Part shown: positions 50,152 to 60,449 of the stretch, one piece after another | Layout: every line of letters begins with the position of its first letter | Position numbering within the stretch: the stretch's first letter is position 1 | IMG/VR virus record: IMGVR_UViG_3300042868_009489 | Reading direction: 5' to 3' (one strand) | Source: a virus | Length of the DNA stretch: 64,000 nucleotides | The notes under the pieces: generated by a model | Database searches by the model: none | What the model saw: the letters and a program-made list of their open reading frames with translations, nothing else | What the model was told of the DNA's origin: nothing | Program-made: the position numbers and the translations under genes

Positions 50152-50592
50152 TTATATCACAGGTTTTTTTGATTTAGCTTTTCTTTCCTCTAACTTATCC
50201 AAGAATTCGTTACACAGTGCATCGGGTTCCCAAACAAAACTTCTCTCAACCTGAACTACTTTAAAATTAAATTCATCCCTTATATCCTCTATGGTCATAA
50301 GTAAAGGAGTTAAAGAGTCGTGTTTGCATTTCCATTTACCACTAATGTGGTTAGCTACAACAGCTGAATCGGTATATATAATTGGATCGTAGAATTCACC
50401 CATTGAACATATAAGCAGTCCGGATATTACAGCCTCGTACTCTGCCTCATTATTAGTTCTTGGACCTAAGCCTCTGGCAAACTGCGCTATTTTTTTTCTA
50501 TTCCTATAAACAGATACCGCACAGGCTGCTTCTCCAATTTTCTTTTGACCTTGACCTCTTGATGCACCATCGCAAAACACTTCTATTATCAT
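50152..50592 (-). CDS. RNase HI-like protein
   Basis: IEVFCDGASRGQG...NNEAEYEAVISGL...IYTDSAVVANHISGKW. Confidence 0.8.
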   Translation of the reverse strand: MIIEVFCDGASRGQGQKKIGEAACAVSVYRNRKKIAQFARGLGPRTNNEAEYEAVISGLLICSMGEFYDPIIYTDSAVVANHISGKWKCKHDSLTPLLMTIEDIRDEFNFKVVQVERSFVWEPDALCNEFLDKLEERKAKSKKPVI

Positions 50593-50603
50593 GGTAAATC
50601 AGA

Positions 50604-50819
50604 TTACTTATCATCTACGCTTACATCTGTTTCAATACCCAAACTCTTTATTCTATCTTTAAAGTTTTTTAATTGAGTTTGACCATTTATTATGTAAGTA
50701 GAATTAAGCGTATATCTTTCTTTCTTGTGCTCAATTTGAGTTGGGTAATCTAAGGTGTCTCTAACTTTTGAATAAAATTCAGTGGCTGAATTAACCGATT
50801 TATAATGAGCTATGTACAA
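50604..50819 (-). CDS. hypothetical protein
   Basis: 71 aa ORF. Confidence 0.5.
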   Translation of the reverse strand: MYIAHYKSVNSATEFYSKVRDTLDYPTQIEHKKERYTLNSTYIINGQTQLKNFKDRIKSLGIETDVSVDDK

Positions 50820-50836
50820 AGTGATTCCTCAAACTT

Positions 50837-51352
50837 TTAGTAGGTGTTAAAATCTTTATCACTAAAATATCCTTTTTCTTCCCTGGCAGAAGCTACCTGC
50901 ATAGATTGTATCTTGTCGATTAACTTCCTAGAAGATTCGGATGCTATCCTAGCTGCAAGCTCCATAGACTCAGCTAAGTTTACTATAGCCTCTGCTGTTA
51001 TTAAAGCAGTGTATTCACTCTCTGCGGCTTCTAAAGCGTTTGCTTCGCGCTCAGCCTCATTCTTCCCAACTCTATTTGCCTTATACACTTTCTTATAGCT
51101 TCCCTCTATCAATTTATACTGGGCTCTAGCCATGCCCGCTAATCGCGCAACTCTTCCATAAACATTTGAAGTTCTTGCAACCAACGAGGCCATTTCATGA
51201 ATCCCTAAATCTAATGTATCTACATCTGGTATGGATACGAAGTATAAAGAATTGCTACTATCTGTAGTGTAGGCTGAAATGATCTCCTCTATCTGAGGGC
51301 CTATAAACGATGTTAATAATTCGTTCATTTTCTGTAAAGATTGAAGGTTCAT
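50837..51352 (-). CDS. hypothetical helical protein
   Basis: 171 aa ORF. Confidence 0.65.
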   Translation of the reverse strand: MNLQSLQKMNELLTSFIGPQIEEIISAYTTDSSNSLYFVSIPDVDTLDLGIHEMASLVARTSNVYGRVARLAGMARAQYKLIEGSYKKVYKANRVGKNEAEREANALEAAESEYTALITAEAIVNLAESMELAARIASESSRKLIDKIQSMQVASAREEKGYFSDKDFNTY

Positions 51353-51359
51353 TGTCTAC

Positions 51360-52225
51360 CTATCTGAAGTTGATTTCATCTCGCATCTTAGATTCTACCA
51401 CAAGATTGGTTACCTTTGTCCTTATTTTACCTAAATGTTCTCTTACCGTATTAGGGTGTTCTGATATTTTTTTACTTATCTCACTAGATCTTAGATCATC
51501 TATGTAACGCCACTTGAGCAGTTGCCTTTCCTGGACCGAAAGAAATATAAAAGGTTCTGCACATGTTTCACCAAGTACCCAAAACTCATTAATGTCTTCC
51601 GTGGAAAGAAACTCTTCCATTTCTCTCTCTTCTGGTGGAGCTTTAAAGCCCACTTGTTTTTCTCCATTTTCTCCATCATCATTTGAATCATCACTTAAGA
51701 GAGGAAAACTCTTTCTTCCCAGTTGATCTATTAAGAATGTATCAACGTTCTTTTTGAGAAGATAAAAAAAATAACTATACAAAAATCCGACTAAATGGTA
51801 TTGGTCCTTTTTCAGAATCTTTTCTTTGATATCTAGCTATACACTGGAAGAACGTCATGTCTACAGTTTGCCTGACATCTATTTCTTCCCCATATCTTTT
51901 TGCCATATATACTATACCGTCGCAACACTTCGTTTACATGTTTGTATCCAGGTTGATTGAGCTTATTTTTCATAAGAGCAAATCTTACATATGAATCCTT
52001 TACGAATAAAGACGTAAATCTCCTTATGTCGTAGTCGTTTAGATTGTATTTGCCATAATACAATAATGTTGTATACTTTGTGAGAAAATTATTAAAAACT
52101 TTTAGCAATTCTTTTTTAGCTCTTTCGTCTCCGCCTTTAGCTTTGGCTATCAGCGCCTGCATTTCCTCCTCTTCTAAATTATAATACTGTTCCTTATATG
52201 CTGCCATGATTACTTGCCTTCCCAA
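51360..52225 (-). CDS. sigma-70-like transcription factor, recoded (CGGA at 51789..51786, probable CGGT at 51919..51916)
   Basis: Combined reading gives region-2-like LIAKAKGGDERAKKELLKVF...VNEVLR-G-IVYMAKRYGEEIDVRQTVDMTFFQCIARYQRKDSEKGPIPFS-G-FLYSYFFYLLKKNVDTFLIDQLG..., then region-4-like LLKWRYIDDLRSSEISKKISEHPNTVREHLGKI. Length 866 = 3x288+2. Likely start 52207. Confidence 0.65.
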
Positions 52226-52768
52226 ATCGATATTTTATCAGAGTAAAAACTTCTAATATCTTCATAGAAGATTACTCTTGGTATCTCTAGTTCAGCTGCG
52301 AAATTTTTACCGTCAGTTGAATACTTGCTTATAATAAATGTGAGTTTGTTAAATTCAGATTCGTAGTATCTTTTAAATCTTTTTATTTTTGTCATACTCT
52401 TTGCATCGAGATAACCTTTAAGTTCTACCCAACTAGAATCTTTCTGCATAAAGAAATCAGGAGTGTATCCTTTAGTTCCGTTTCTTAATTGGAAACGCAA
52501 AAACAGTTGGTTCAAAATCAAATTTGATTTTATACGCTGTTAAAATTCTTGCAAAATTTGCTTCCCAATTAGATCTCAGTGTTAAACCTAGGTCTTCTCT
52601 AAACCCAGTTTTTGTATGCTGGTAAGCGTTGCCTCTTTTAATACTTGTAGTCTCTATGGACTGTTGATCTGGTATAATGGTTTTTATTTTCTTAAAATCT
52701 GGATGGTTTTTTAATGGAGAAATTTCCAAAAAATATTCCTCTGGCTTGGCAATGTTGAGCTCTTTCAT
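52210..52768 (-). CDS. TnsA/VSR-like PD-(D/E)XK nuclease, recoded (CGGA at 52480..52477)
   Basis: Quadruplet reading gives RSNWEANFARILTAYKIKFDFEPTVFAFPIKK-G-TKGYTPDFFMQKDSSWVELKGYLDAKSMTKIKRFKRYY. Length 559 = 3x186+1. Confidence 0.85.
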
Positions 52769-52877
52769 GGTATCCTTTAGATCTAAACTAATCTACTCCA
52801 TTATAAATTATAAAAAGTAAAAAAACAAAAAAACCTGTAAGGGTTACCAAATACAAGAAAACGGAGTACAAAAAGAC

Positions 52878-53051
52878 ATGAATACATTAAACACAATCAT
52901 TGACAGTATGTTAATTGAGGTTAACGAAGAGATCATTTCAGACCTCGGTAGACTCGGATACTCACGTACAGAAGCCACCAAAGTGGTTAGTGAGTTCAGC
53001 GATTTCGATCTTGTCGAAGACGCAGCATTGAACCCAGTATCAGCATTCTAA
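52878..53051 (+). CDS. 57 aa hypothetical protein, isolated + strand monocistron
   Basis: MNTLNTIIDSMLIEVNEEIISDLGRLGYSRTEATKVVSEFSDFDLVEDAALNPVSAF, followed by a strong terminator. Confidence 0.6.
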   Translation: MNTLNTIIDSMLIEVNEEIISDLGRLGYSRTEATKVVSEFSDFDLVEDAALNPVSAF

Positions 53052-53074
53052 CTGTCAGCATCTAATAAGTAATT

Positions 53075-53101
53075 AGCCAGGGCTTTCGCCCTGGCTTTTT
53101 G
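53075..53101 (+). terminator. rho-independent terminator
   Basis: agccagggc-tttc-gccctggct followed by TTTTT. Confidence 0.85.
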
Positions 53102-53127
53102 CTTTCTAAGATTATATTAATTAATGA

Positions 53128-53929
53128 CTATGCTTTTGCTAGTTTTCTAGCTCTGAATACACCAGTTCCACAGGCGCCAGATTTAGCAAAATCGCAGAAC
53201 GTGCAGACGCGCTCATTCTTTGTAGGCAAGAATGCTGAATCGTTTATGATTGAATCTAGAGTAGATATTAAATTAATTTTAATATTGTTAATATCCTCCT
53301 TAGTAAAGAGGTGGCCTTTACGCCTTCCGGGATCTAAGGTAATACAGCTCTGCGTATACATTCTTGTCTGGATACAGATAGTCAACTGCCATTGCATATA
53401 TACCTAATTGCAAATTGGTTGGTATGTCCTTTGGCGACACTTCCCATTTTCCAGTTTTATAATCTATAATCTTAACACCGTCTTCACCCCAAGAATCTAT
53501 TCTATCTATATAACCAGATATTAAATAGCTACCTAGAACAAATTTAAAACCATATTCCTTATGAAGGACATCGAATTTAGTTTCAGCATACTGGTCAAAG
53601 AACTCATCTAATATTTCTTTCCCTGCATTAATTAACTCAGGTTTAATTTTATTATCTGGATCTTGAGTTGTTATCTCATGGGTATATGCTTCTTGTAGCT
53701 TTGCAAAATCCAACATATCTGTTGCACTTACGTTGTCTTCCAATACGGAGTGTACTATATTTCCTAGCACAGCTGCTTCACCAAAAATACGTGGTTCTTT
53801 TTGTATATATGTATAAAAATATTTTGAAGGACACATTTTATATGTATCCATTCTTGAATACGAAAAATCAGTTAAAGATAATCTTTCAAAATCACTTACA
53901 TCTTCTAGGTTCCTAATAGCTAATTTCAT
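53128..53929 (-). CDS. RecB/Cas4-like PD-(D/E)XK exonuclease, recoded (CGGA at 53329..53326)
   Basis: Quadruplet reading gives GEDGVKIIDYKTGKWEVSP...VYAELYYLRS-G-RRKGHLFTKEDINNIKINLISTLDSI...CTFCDFAKSGAC. Length 802 = 3x267+1. Confidence 0.85.
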
Positions 53930-54120
53930 TAGTCTTCAATTCCATCCCCGTAAGGATCTTTGTTTTCGAATATTAAATTTCCATTTGTATCGTATTCATT
54001 ACCTAGTTCATCAAGGGTATTACCAGTGTAGATATTTTTGTATCTACCCTCACCAAGGGTTGCCCAACCGCTTGTTCCTAATTCCATTTGATCATCTTCG
54101 TTATATGGCCAAGACATCAT
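53929..54120 (-). CDS. hypothetical protein
   Basis: 63 aa ORF. Confidence 0.45.
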   Translation of the reverse strand: MMSWPYNEDDQMELGTSGWATLGEGRYKNIYTGNTLDELGNEYDTNGNLIFENKDPYGDGIED

Positions 54121-54328
54121 CTCCTCCTTCTGTGAGTGAAATAACAGTATTATTTACTGAGTCAATATTAAAATAGTAACTCAACAATCCATGTAAGTCT
54201 GATAACTCTTGAGCTGTTGCATTAAAACCAGCAACTCCAGACTGAATAAAATAACTAGGTTCATCTGTATTGTATTCTATTAATGCTATGTTATTAAGTA
54301 GCATTCTACCTACTTCGTGCTTAATCAT
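54101..54328 (-). CDS. hypothetical protein
   Basis: 75 aa ORF. Confidence 0.45.
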   Translation of the reverse strand: MIKHEVGRMLLNNIALIEYNTDEPSYFIQSGVAGFNATAQELSDLHGLLSYYFNIDSVNNTVISLTEGGDDVLAI

Positions 54329-54329
54329 A

Positions 54330-54698
54330 TTAATCCTCCTCGTATATTCCTATAGGATTCCAGCTTGGATCATCCATTTTTTCTCGCATATCAGCCACAT
54401 AGGAATCCCAATCTCTTTCATCCTCTGACTTCTTTTCGTATTTTACCTGACCCTTAAATGGATTTGTCTTAAAGCGAGTCATAATAAGCTTACCCTCTTT
54501 TGTTTTCCATCTTAATACTCCATTCTTGCAGTCGCAAAAATCTTCTGGATGTGGATCAGTCTTACCCATCGGGTCATACCTACCGCTACACGAATTACAA
54601 TTAGTGTATCTGCCCTTATCCTGGCATCTATTGCATGATGAACAAAAAGTCCAGCATGGTTTGGTGGATGGATTCTGGTATGTTCCTGGTAGTGTCAT
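54330..54698 (-). CDS. zinc-binding hypothetical protein
   Basis: CWTFCSSCNRCQDKGRYTNCNSCSGRYDP. Confidence 0.6.
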   Translation of the reverse strand: MTLPGTYQNPSTKPCWTFCSSCNRCQDKGRYTNCNSCSGRYDPMGKTDPHPEDFCDCKNGVLRWKTKEGKLIMTRFKTNPFKGQVKYEKKSEDERDWDSYVADMREKMDDPSWNPIGIYEED

Positions 54699-57600
54699 TT
54701 CTTAGCTCCGTATGTTTATATATTTTTGTAATTTTTCTTCTATTTTTAATGAAGTAGATTTTTTAAACTTAAAAGTTACCTTCTTATTACTCTCCGTATA
54801 TGTTAAATATACATAAGAAGGTCCATTAACATTTTCAATTATATCATATATACCCTGTACAACCTCTAGACTAGGTGAATCTTTAGTCTCTAGCATAATT
54901 GATTTACTGCCTATTGCTCTAGATGTATCTATCTTTTCGCTGGAATTATAGAACATCTTTACAATTGCTGACTCTTCTTCATTCTCTCTGTTTATTGTTC
55001 CTGATATTATGACTACATCACCCTCGTTAAAAAAGTCGTCACTTATAGTTTTTGATTCTCTAGGAAAAATAATTACTTCTATTTCACCAGATAGATCTTC
55101 TAATAAAAGACGAAACATCTTCTGGCCTTTTTTAGTTATCATTCTCTTTACTGCGGTTAAGATTCCGCCAACCTTAACATTTGCACCGTTGCTTATTTCT
55201 ATGATATCTATTATTTCACCAGTGACATTAGGTGCTATCGTTGTCCACATCCCCTCTATCGGATGCTTCGATACATATATTCCTAGTTCAGCTTTTTCTT
55301 TTTCTAATAATTCTAACTCTTTTTTTCTTGTTAAATCACCGTTATGGGAAACTATAAACAACTCATCAAGAGCACCTGCATAGGCTAGGTGTTCTAGTGT
55401 AGACTTCTTTAGAGTAGCTGGGTCACATCTTCTAAAGAAATCGTAGACACTAGAGTAAGGATTTTTTTCATCTCTACCTAGAATAATTGCTTCAGCTATA
55501 GATTCACCAATTCCGTTTATGGCAGATAGGCCAAAAATTACTTGAGAATCACTGAGTACATTAAAGTCTTTACCGGATTTATTTAAAGAAGGTGGGAGTA
55601 CTTCAATCTCTAACTTTCTACAATCAGATAAGTAAGCGGCTAACTTCTCTTTATTACCAACCACAGAAGACATAAGTGCAGCCATATACTCTGCCGTATA
55701 ATGAGCCTTTAGGTATGCTGTAATATATGAAACCATTGCATAGCTTGCGGCGTGTGCTCTGTTAAAACCATAGCCACCAAAGTATTCAATATCTGAATAA
55801 ATTTTATTTGCTTTATCTTCATCTAGATTAGAATGCTCTATGCAGCCTTTTACGAAATTAGTTCTAATCATTGCGATTTTATCCATAAGTTTTTTACCGA
55901 TAACTTTTCTAAGGTCATCAGCTTCAGCAGAAGTAAATCCAGCTAACTCCCTAGCTACGCCAAGAACATCTTCCTGATAGAGCATGATACCTAGTGAAGG
56001 TCCAAGAACTTTTTCTAGCTTAGGGTGCTCATAAGATACATGGCTTCTCCCATGTTTTCTATCGATATATTCTTTATCCATACCAGAACCCATCGGACCT
56101 GGACGATATAGTGAGATAAGAGCCATTATATCTTGGATGTTTTGCGGCTGCATCTGCACCATCAATTCACGCATGCCAGCAGACTCAAGCTGGAATACAC
56201 CCATTGCCTTACCTTGACATAATAAATCATAAGTCTTTTTATCATCTATCGGTATGTCGTTTACATCTAATGTAATTTGTCTATGTTGTTTAACTAGCTT
56301 AATGCAAATATCTATCACGCCTAGGTTTCTTAAACCAAGAAAGTCAATCTTCAATAGGCCACATTGTTCTACTCGACCCATATCCCACTGAGTTACTACA
56401 GGCTTATCTACACCCTTTTGCATTGTAGGGAGATAGCTTGTTAAAGCTTCTTTGGATATAACAATACCAGCTGCATGGATACCAGTCTGTCTTACTAGGT
56501 TTTCTAATCCAAAAGCTGTATCTATTATTTCCTTTGATAAAACGTCAGTATTATAAAGACCTGCAAATTCCTGCACCTGCATACATTCTTTTAACGATTT
56601 AGAAACACCTAATACCGGAGGAGGTATTAGCTTAGCTACTTTGTCTCCAACCGTAAAGTCATGGCCTAGGGCTCTAGCTGCGTCTCTAACAGACTGCCTA
56701 GCGCCAGTTCTGTTAAACGTACAGATATGCGCAACTTTATCATTACCGTATTTAGTTCTAGCGTAGTCAATAACCTTATCTCTGTGCCTATCATCAAAGT
56801 CTAAGTCGATATCTGGCATTGATTTTCTTCCCTCAACTAAGAATCTCTCAAACATAAGACCGAACTTAATTGGATCTAGATTTGTAATATCAAATGCATA
56901 GGATAGAATACTTCCAGCAGCGGATCCTCTTCCCCAGCCAACTCTAATATCGTTTTCTTTAGCCCAACGAACTAAGTCTGATACGACTAAGAAGTATTCA
57001 GGAAAACCCATCTCTTTCACTACTCTAATTTCATAGTTAGCTCTTTCTATAATGTGATCAGGTAATGGATTGCCATATCTATTCTTCAGACCTTCCCATG
57101 CTAATCTTTCAAAGTAATCAGTTGAAGATTCTTTAGTTGGTATAGGAAAGTTTGGAAAATGTATTTCGCCAAATTTTAAGTTAAGATCTATCATGTCATT
57201 CACGTGCATTGTATTTTTTAAATATTCATCAGAAAATATAGAAGACATTTCGTCATAAGATTGAAGATAAAATTTATCTTCAGAAAAAGAAAATCTATTA
57301 GGAGTATGCACGTTACAGTTTGTTGCTACGCATAACATTACATCATGGGCGTGAGCATCACTTTGGTGCACGTAATGACAGTCGCCAGACGGCACTACTT
57401 TAGCCCCAATTTGATTGGCTATTTTAATAAGGTCAGGAATTATTTTTATCTGCTCTTCTATCCCATGATTCATTATCTCTATAAAATAATTTTCCTTGCC
57501 AACTATCTCTTGCATTGAGGCTGCATGTTTTAAGGCAGTATTGTAATCATTCCTTAGGAGGGCTTGAGATACTTCTCCATTTAAGCAGCCTGACAAGATT

Positions 57601-58028
57601 ATTATCCCATCGGAATGTTGAGATATTAAGTCATGATCTACTCTAGGCTTTACGTAAAAGCCTTCTGTAAAAGCTTTAGAAGACATTTTAATTATATTAT
57701 GATAACCAGTATTATTTTTAGCTAATACAGTTATATGATATGGACCTCTCTGCTCCCATTCATTTTTAGATGGACCTGATCTTTCTTCTTCGTCTTTATC
57801 AAATCTAGTTTTTCTAGCCTGATACAACTCTGATCCTAAGATTGGTTTAACCCCTATTGAGTTTCCAGCATCGTAAAAATCTAACCATGAATGTATGTTA
57901 CCGTGATCGGTTGTAGCCAATCCACTCATGCCCAAAGACTTAGCTCTTGATAAATATTCTTCTACATTACCATGGCCATCCAACATGGAGAACACAGTAT
58001 GGTTGTGAAGATTTGTCCAGTTTTTCAC
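54695..58028 (-). CDS. dnaE: DNA polymerase III alpha subunit (stop at 54702 if triplet, 54695 if CGGA at 54710..54707 is a quadruplet)
   Basis: PHP NLHNHTVFSMLDG, PDIDLDFDDRHRDKVIDYA, GMFLYQEDV-like IMLYQEDVLGVARELAGFTSAEADDLRKVIGKK, GGYGFNRAHAASYAMVSYITAYLKAHYTAEYMAAL. Confidence 0.93.
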
Positions 58029-58228
58029 TTAAGTCCTCTTTTAGTATTTATTTGATTCAATACATTATCTCTATCACGTCTATAGCAAACTGTTACCACG
58101 CCCTTGCAGTACTTGCATACTGCTGGCAGTCCGGCTTGAGCAAAAGAACTGTTATGCATGTGTCTATCTGTTTGTTCGGTTCCGCAGTCAGTACACAGGC
58201 CAATTACATCATCGTTATCATCTTGCAT
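58025..58228 (-). CDS. small zinc-finger protein
   Basis: CTDCG and CKYCKG. Confidence 0.6.
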   Translation of the reverse strand: MQDDNDDVIGLCTDCGTEQTDRHMHNSSFAQAGLPAVCKYCKGVVTVCYRRDRDNVLNQINTKRGLK

Positions 58229-59424
58229 TACTCCTCCTTTCTAGTTGCAGATTTGTAAGCAAATCGAACTGGTGATGGAGAAGATTTTTCTTGAGTCTCT
58301 ATAAATCTATCTCCAACTTTAACCCACTTATTCTTCTTCTCAAGAGAGCAACTGCCGCACCCCACACCAACTGCGTTAGCCCTTTCACAGGTATAGGGTC
58401 TCCCCCCTATGCCTAATTCTCTTCTTCTTACCCAGTCATTTATATGCGCTTGTGATTTACTTGGGTTGTAATCTTCGCAATTACCTAGTATCTCATGTAG
58501 ATAGTTAATCGATTCTTCGCTATATGTTAATATGGAACATAGGAATAATCTAGCTTCATGTTCTAGAAAGTGAGAATTTTCAGCCTGTTCATGTAGTCTT
58601 TTTATCGATGGACACTTTATCCAAAGTGTTTCTTTCTCAAATATTTTTTGATTCTGATCAAAAGACTTTAAGTTAGAAGAACCAAACTTATTAAAATGTT
58701 GTAGTATATCTTTTGGTTTATTTTTATCTTCTTCCATTTGATAGGTGAACTGTCTATACCATTCATTTGCTTTGAAATCAAAAGACTGTTCAACTACATC
58801 AAAGGACTGTGGCTCACTTGAGTAAGTAATAATCTTATCTATTCCAGATAAGAATATATCTTTTGGCAGGAGAGTCTTAAATAGCTTTGTTGCCTGATGT
58901 AATGATCCAGGCATTCTCCACATTCTTCTCATGTCATAAACGCTAAAGTCCATTGAGGAAATAGATAGATCTTCCTTTAGCTTATTTGCTATATATCTAA
59001 AGACTTTTGGTAATTCGTTTGATGGATTAATACCTAAACCAATTGCTTCACACTCTATGTGAAAACCTTTTTTTCCAGTAAAATAAACTAATAGTGATTC
59101 TTGCGGAATGTACATGGACAGATAACCGTATAGTCTTTGCGCTTCTTCATAGCACAAATTCATATCTTCACTATCTAAGTCAAAATATAAAGACCCTAAC
59201 CTGATAGCCTTGTTTATATCAGCGGAATTAAAATGCCAAACAGATGTGTACAGTCCAAGGTTGTTATGCTTTTGTCTATATTGATCTATGTTTTCCATTT
59301 CATAGAAGACTGGATCATCACCATTCTTATCCCTAATTACCCTATCCAGGTTGGGAACATATCTAGCAACCTCAACATATTTCCATTGAGAAATAAATTT
59401 ATCTTTATCTAAAGGAAGTTTCAT
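58228..59424 (-). CDS. archaeo-eukaryotic primase-like protein
   Basis: GSLYFDLDSEDMN...VYFTGKKGFHIECEA...FSVYDMRRMWRMPGSLH. Confidence 0.75.
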   Translation of the reverse strand: MKLPLDKDKFISQWKYVEVARYVPNLDRVIRDKNGDDPVFYEMENIDQYRQKHNNLGLYTSVWHFNSADINKAIRLGSLYFDLDSEDMNLCYEEAQRLYGYLSMYIPQESLLVYFTGKKGFHIECEAIGLGINPSNELPKVFRYIANKLKEDLSISSMDFSVYDMRRMWRMPGSLHQATKLFKTLLPKDIFLSGIDKIITYSSEPQSFDVVEQSFDFKANEWYRQFTYQMEEDKNKPKDILQHFNKFGSSNLKSFDQNQKIFEKETLWIKCPSIKRLHEQAENSHFLEHEARLFLCSILTYSEESINYLHEILGNCEDYNPSKSQAHINDWVRRRELGIGGRPYTCERANAVGVGCGSCSLEKKNKWVKVGDRFIETQEKSSPSPVRFAYKSATRKEE

Positions 59425-59594
59425 GGTATATGTATTTTACCACTATCCATTTCCATATGCCAAGCTACTAGTCGATTGTGTTCCAAAATATTTTCATTGT
59501 TAGATCTGTAGTATATTGATTCTTTAATGAGGAATTCTAAAGATTCATTTATATACGCTCTAACATGCATTTTGTCTGGATTTTCTACTGTCAT
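59421..59594 (-). CDS. 57 aa hypothetical protein
   Basis: MTVENPDKMHVRAYINESLEFLIKESIYYRSNNENILEHNRLVAWHMEMDSGKIHIP; ATGA overlap with the primase-like gene. Confidence 0.5.
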   Translation of the reverse strand: MTVENPDKMHVRAYINESLEFLIKESIYYRSNNENILEHNRLVAWHMEMDSGKIHIP

Positions 59595-60247
59595 TTGTTA
59601 TCGCTAATTTCAACAATTGTATGTAGTTTTGAAGCGACGTTGTCTGACAAGTGCACTATCATATCCATATAAGTACTAGGTACAGTTTCCGGAATAGGAG
59701 ACCATGGACCAAGGTGACATCTTACTAATCTAAGTATTGACTGAACAGTTTCTTCATCTAGGAAAAGAGTAGAAGATGCGGATTCTGAACCATACTTTTT
59801 ATCATTGTCCTGACACTTTTTAACAAAAGCTCCAACCGTATACGGATGCATTGGGTCGTAGAAAAAATCTTCTTTACTATCATCATGGGCAATGCCCTTA
59901 GTTACATCATGCAACAAGCATGCTGCATACACTATGTCTTTTTCGTGCGCAAGTAATCCATAGGAATCGCATATAACCTTAGAGACTTTGACAACCCTCT
60001 TTGTATGAAGAACATTACCACCACTATCATGCTCATCAGCTGGATGATATTTACCTGAAAAACTAGATGGTATTTTCCAAAATGTTTTTGCTTGAAGTAA
60101 AACCGATCTAACAAATAGCCTGATTTGTTGACTGGAGATAAGGTTAATTTCCTCCATAAGAGGAGTCAATAACTTATCTTCTTCTTCATTTGGCTTAAAC
60201 GAAACATCTTCATTTAATAACTCATCTAATATACTTTTTTTACTCAT
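59591..60247 (-). CDS. HD-domain phosphohydrolase
   Basis: NVLHTKRVVKVSKVI...AACLLHDVTKGIAHD...RLVRCHLGPW. Confidence 0.75.
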   Translation of the reverse strand: MSKKSILDELLNEDVSFKPNEEEDKLLTPLMEEINLISSQQIRLFVRSVLLQAKTFWKIPSSFSGKYHPADEHDSGGNVLHTKRVVKVSKVICDSYGLLAHEKDIVYAACLLHDVTKGIAHDDSKEDFFYDPMHPYTVGAFVKKCQDNDKKYGSESASSTLFLDEETVQSILRLVRCHLGPWSPIPETVPSTYMDMIVHLSDNVASKLHTIVEISDNK

Positions 60248-60449
60248 AGTCTGAATCCCAATTTAGTTTTTCTTTTAAATAAATTTGATACTTTTCATCT
60301 ATTGTAGATTTTAAATATTCATAAGGAGTTTGTTTATTTTCTTTTGCAAGTGTAAATAATCTTTTAGATATCCTAGCCTCAAGTATAACACCAAATCTAT
60401 TTGTCTGCATTTTTTGACCAATTTGACCACTTCGAACAGGGTTTATCAA
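60240..60449 (-). CDS. hypothetical protein
   Basis: 69 aa ORF. Confidence 0.5.
   Translation of the reverse strand: MINPVRSGQIGQKMQTNRFGVILEARISKRLFTLAKENKQTPYEYLKSTIDEKYQIYLKEKLNWDSDYE

Noticed and set aside
22747-54710. Sequencing or assembly indels as the explanation for all broken frames
   Set aside because: Not fully excluded without reads. However, nine clear shifts are all +1 at CGGA, the restored residue fits Gly motifs, out-of-phase CGGA sites do not break genes, and a tRNA with the matching UCCG is present. Random errors would not give this pattern.
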